DNA from: Candidatus Heimdallarchaeota archaeon
GTDB lineage: Archaea; Asgardarchaeota; Wukongarchaeia; Wukongarchaeales; JBHIFL01
Direction: 5' to 3'
DNA length: 14,613 bases
Assembly: GCA_046761065.1 (NCBI GenBank)
Contig: JBHIFL010000090.1
Location: 1 to 14,613 of the forward strand
Shown here: one piece after another, positions 14,389-14,613 of the stretch
Layout: every line of letters starts with the position of its first letter
Numbering within the stretch: position 1 is the stretch's first letter
The notes under the pieces: generated by a model
Seen by the model: the letters and a program-made list of their open reading frames with translations, nothing else
What the model was told of the DNA's origin: nothing
Database searches by the model: none
Position numbers and translations under genes: made by a program

Positions 14389-14613
14389 TAAACTTTCTCA
14401 ATGACTAAGCCAATCTAGACGAGATACTAAGGGTCCCTCTTTTGATGGGCTCGTTTGTTTGGCTTATTCCAAGGCAAGTCACGAACGTTGTTTCCCCTAA
14501 ATCGCTCACTCATAAATATCGTTGTCCATGAGAAGCTTCGGATTGACAGGCCGGCCATTTTTCCGCTCCATCAGCCAACTGCTAAAGCCTGAGCAACCTC
14601 TTCAGGAATTTGT

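Noticed and set aside
14431-14460. Imperfect hairpin GGGTCCCTCTTTTGATGGGCTC followed by GTTTGTTT
   Set aside because: The stem is weak and mismatched, and no plus-strand gene upstream needs a terminator.
14389-14613. Possible coding fragments at the right edge: minus-strand ends QIPEEVAQALAVG* or KFLKRLLRL*, 21- and 28-aa mini-ORFs, and a plus-strand frame from ATG 14528 open to the edge
   Set aside because: They are too short and mutually incompatible to choose between without flanking sequence.

Overview
A compact, probably archaeal cell-surface glycosylation locus, almost all on the minus strand. In transcription order it encodes: a Wzx-like flippase, a DPM1/Ppm1-like GT2 polyprenyl-phosphate sugar synthase, a GT4, radical SAM enzyme 1, a 1394-aa AftD/YfhO-like GT-C membrane protein, radical SAM enzyme 2, a second GT4, an inverted DUF362 gene on the plus strand, an RfbE-like NDP-sugar SDR, an RmlA-like nucleotidyltransferase, a small membrane protein, and a second GT-C gene (1-339, missed by the ORF track) that runs off the window. 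The main candidate for a new system is a lipid-linked glycan pathway in which two paralogous BtrN-type (twitch) radical SAM enzymes make or tailor an unusual sugar. Four partner enzyme types have non-canonical catalytic motifs, including an SDR lacking the catalytic Tyr and a GT4 with Q-x7-E. The large GT-C contains a 438-bp internal duplication with a perfectly identical 161-bp core. The AT-rich core of the locus sits between GC-richer flanks, suggesting an exchangeable cassette. No RNA genes, CRISPR arrays or mobile elements were seen. All family assignments come from motif recognition, not database searches.
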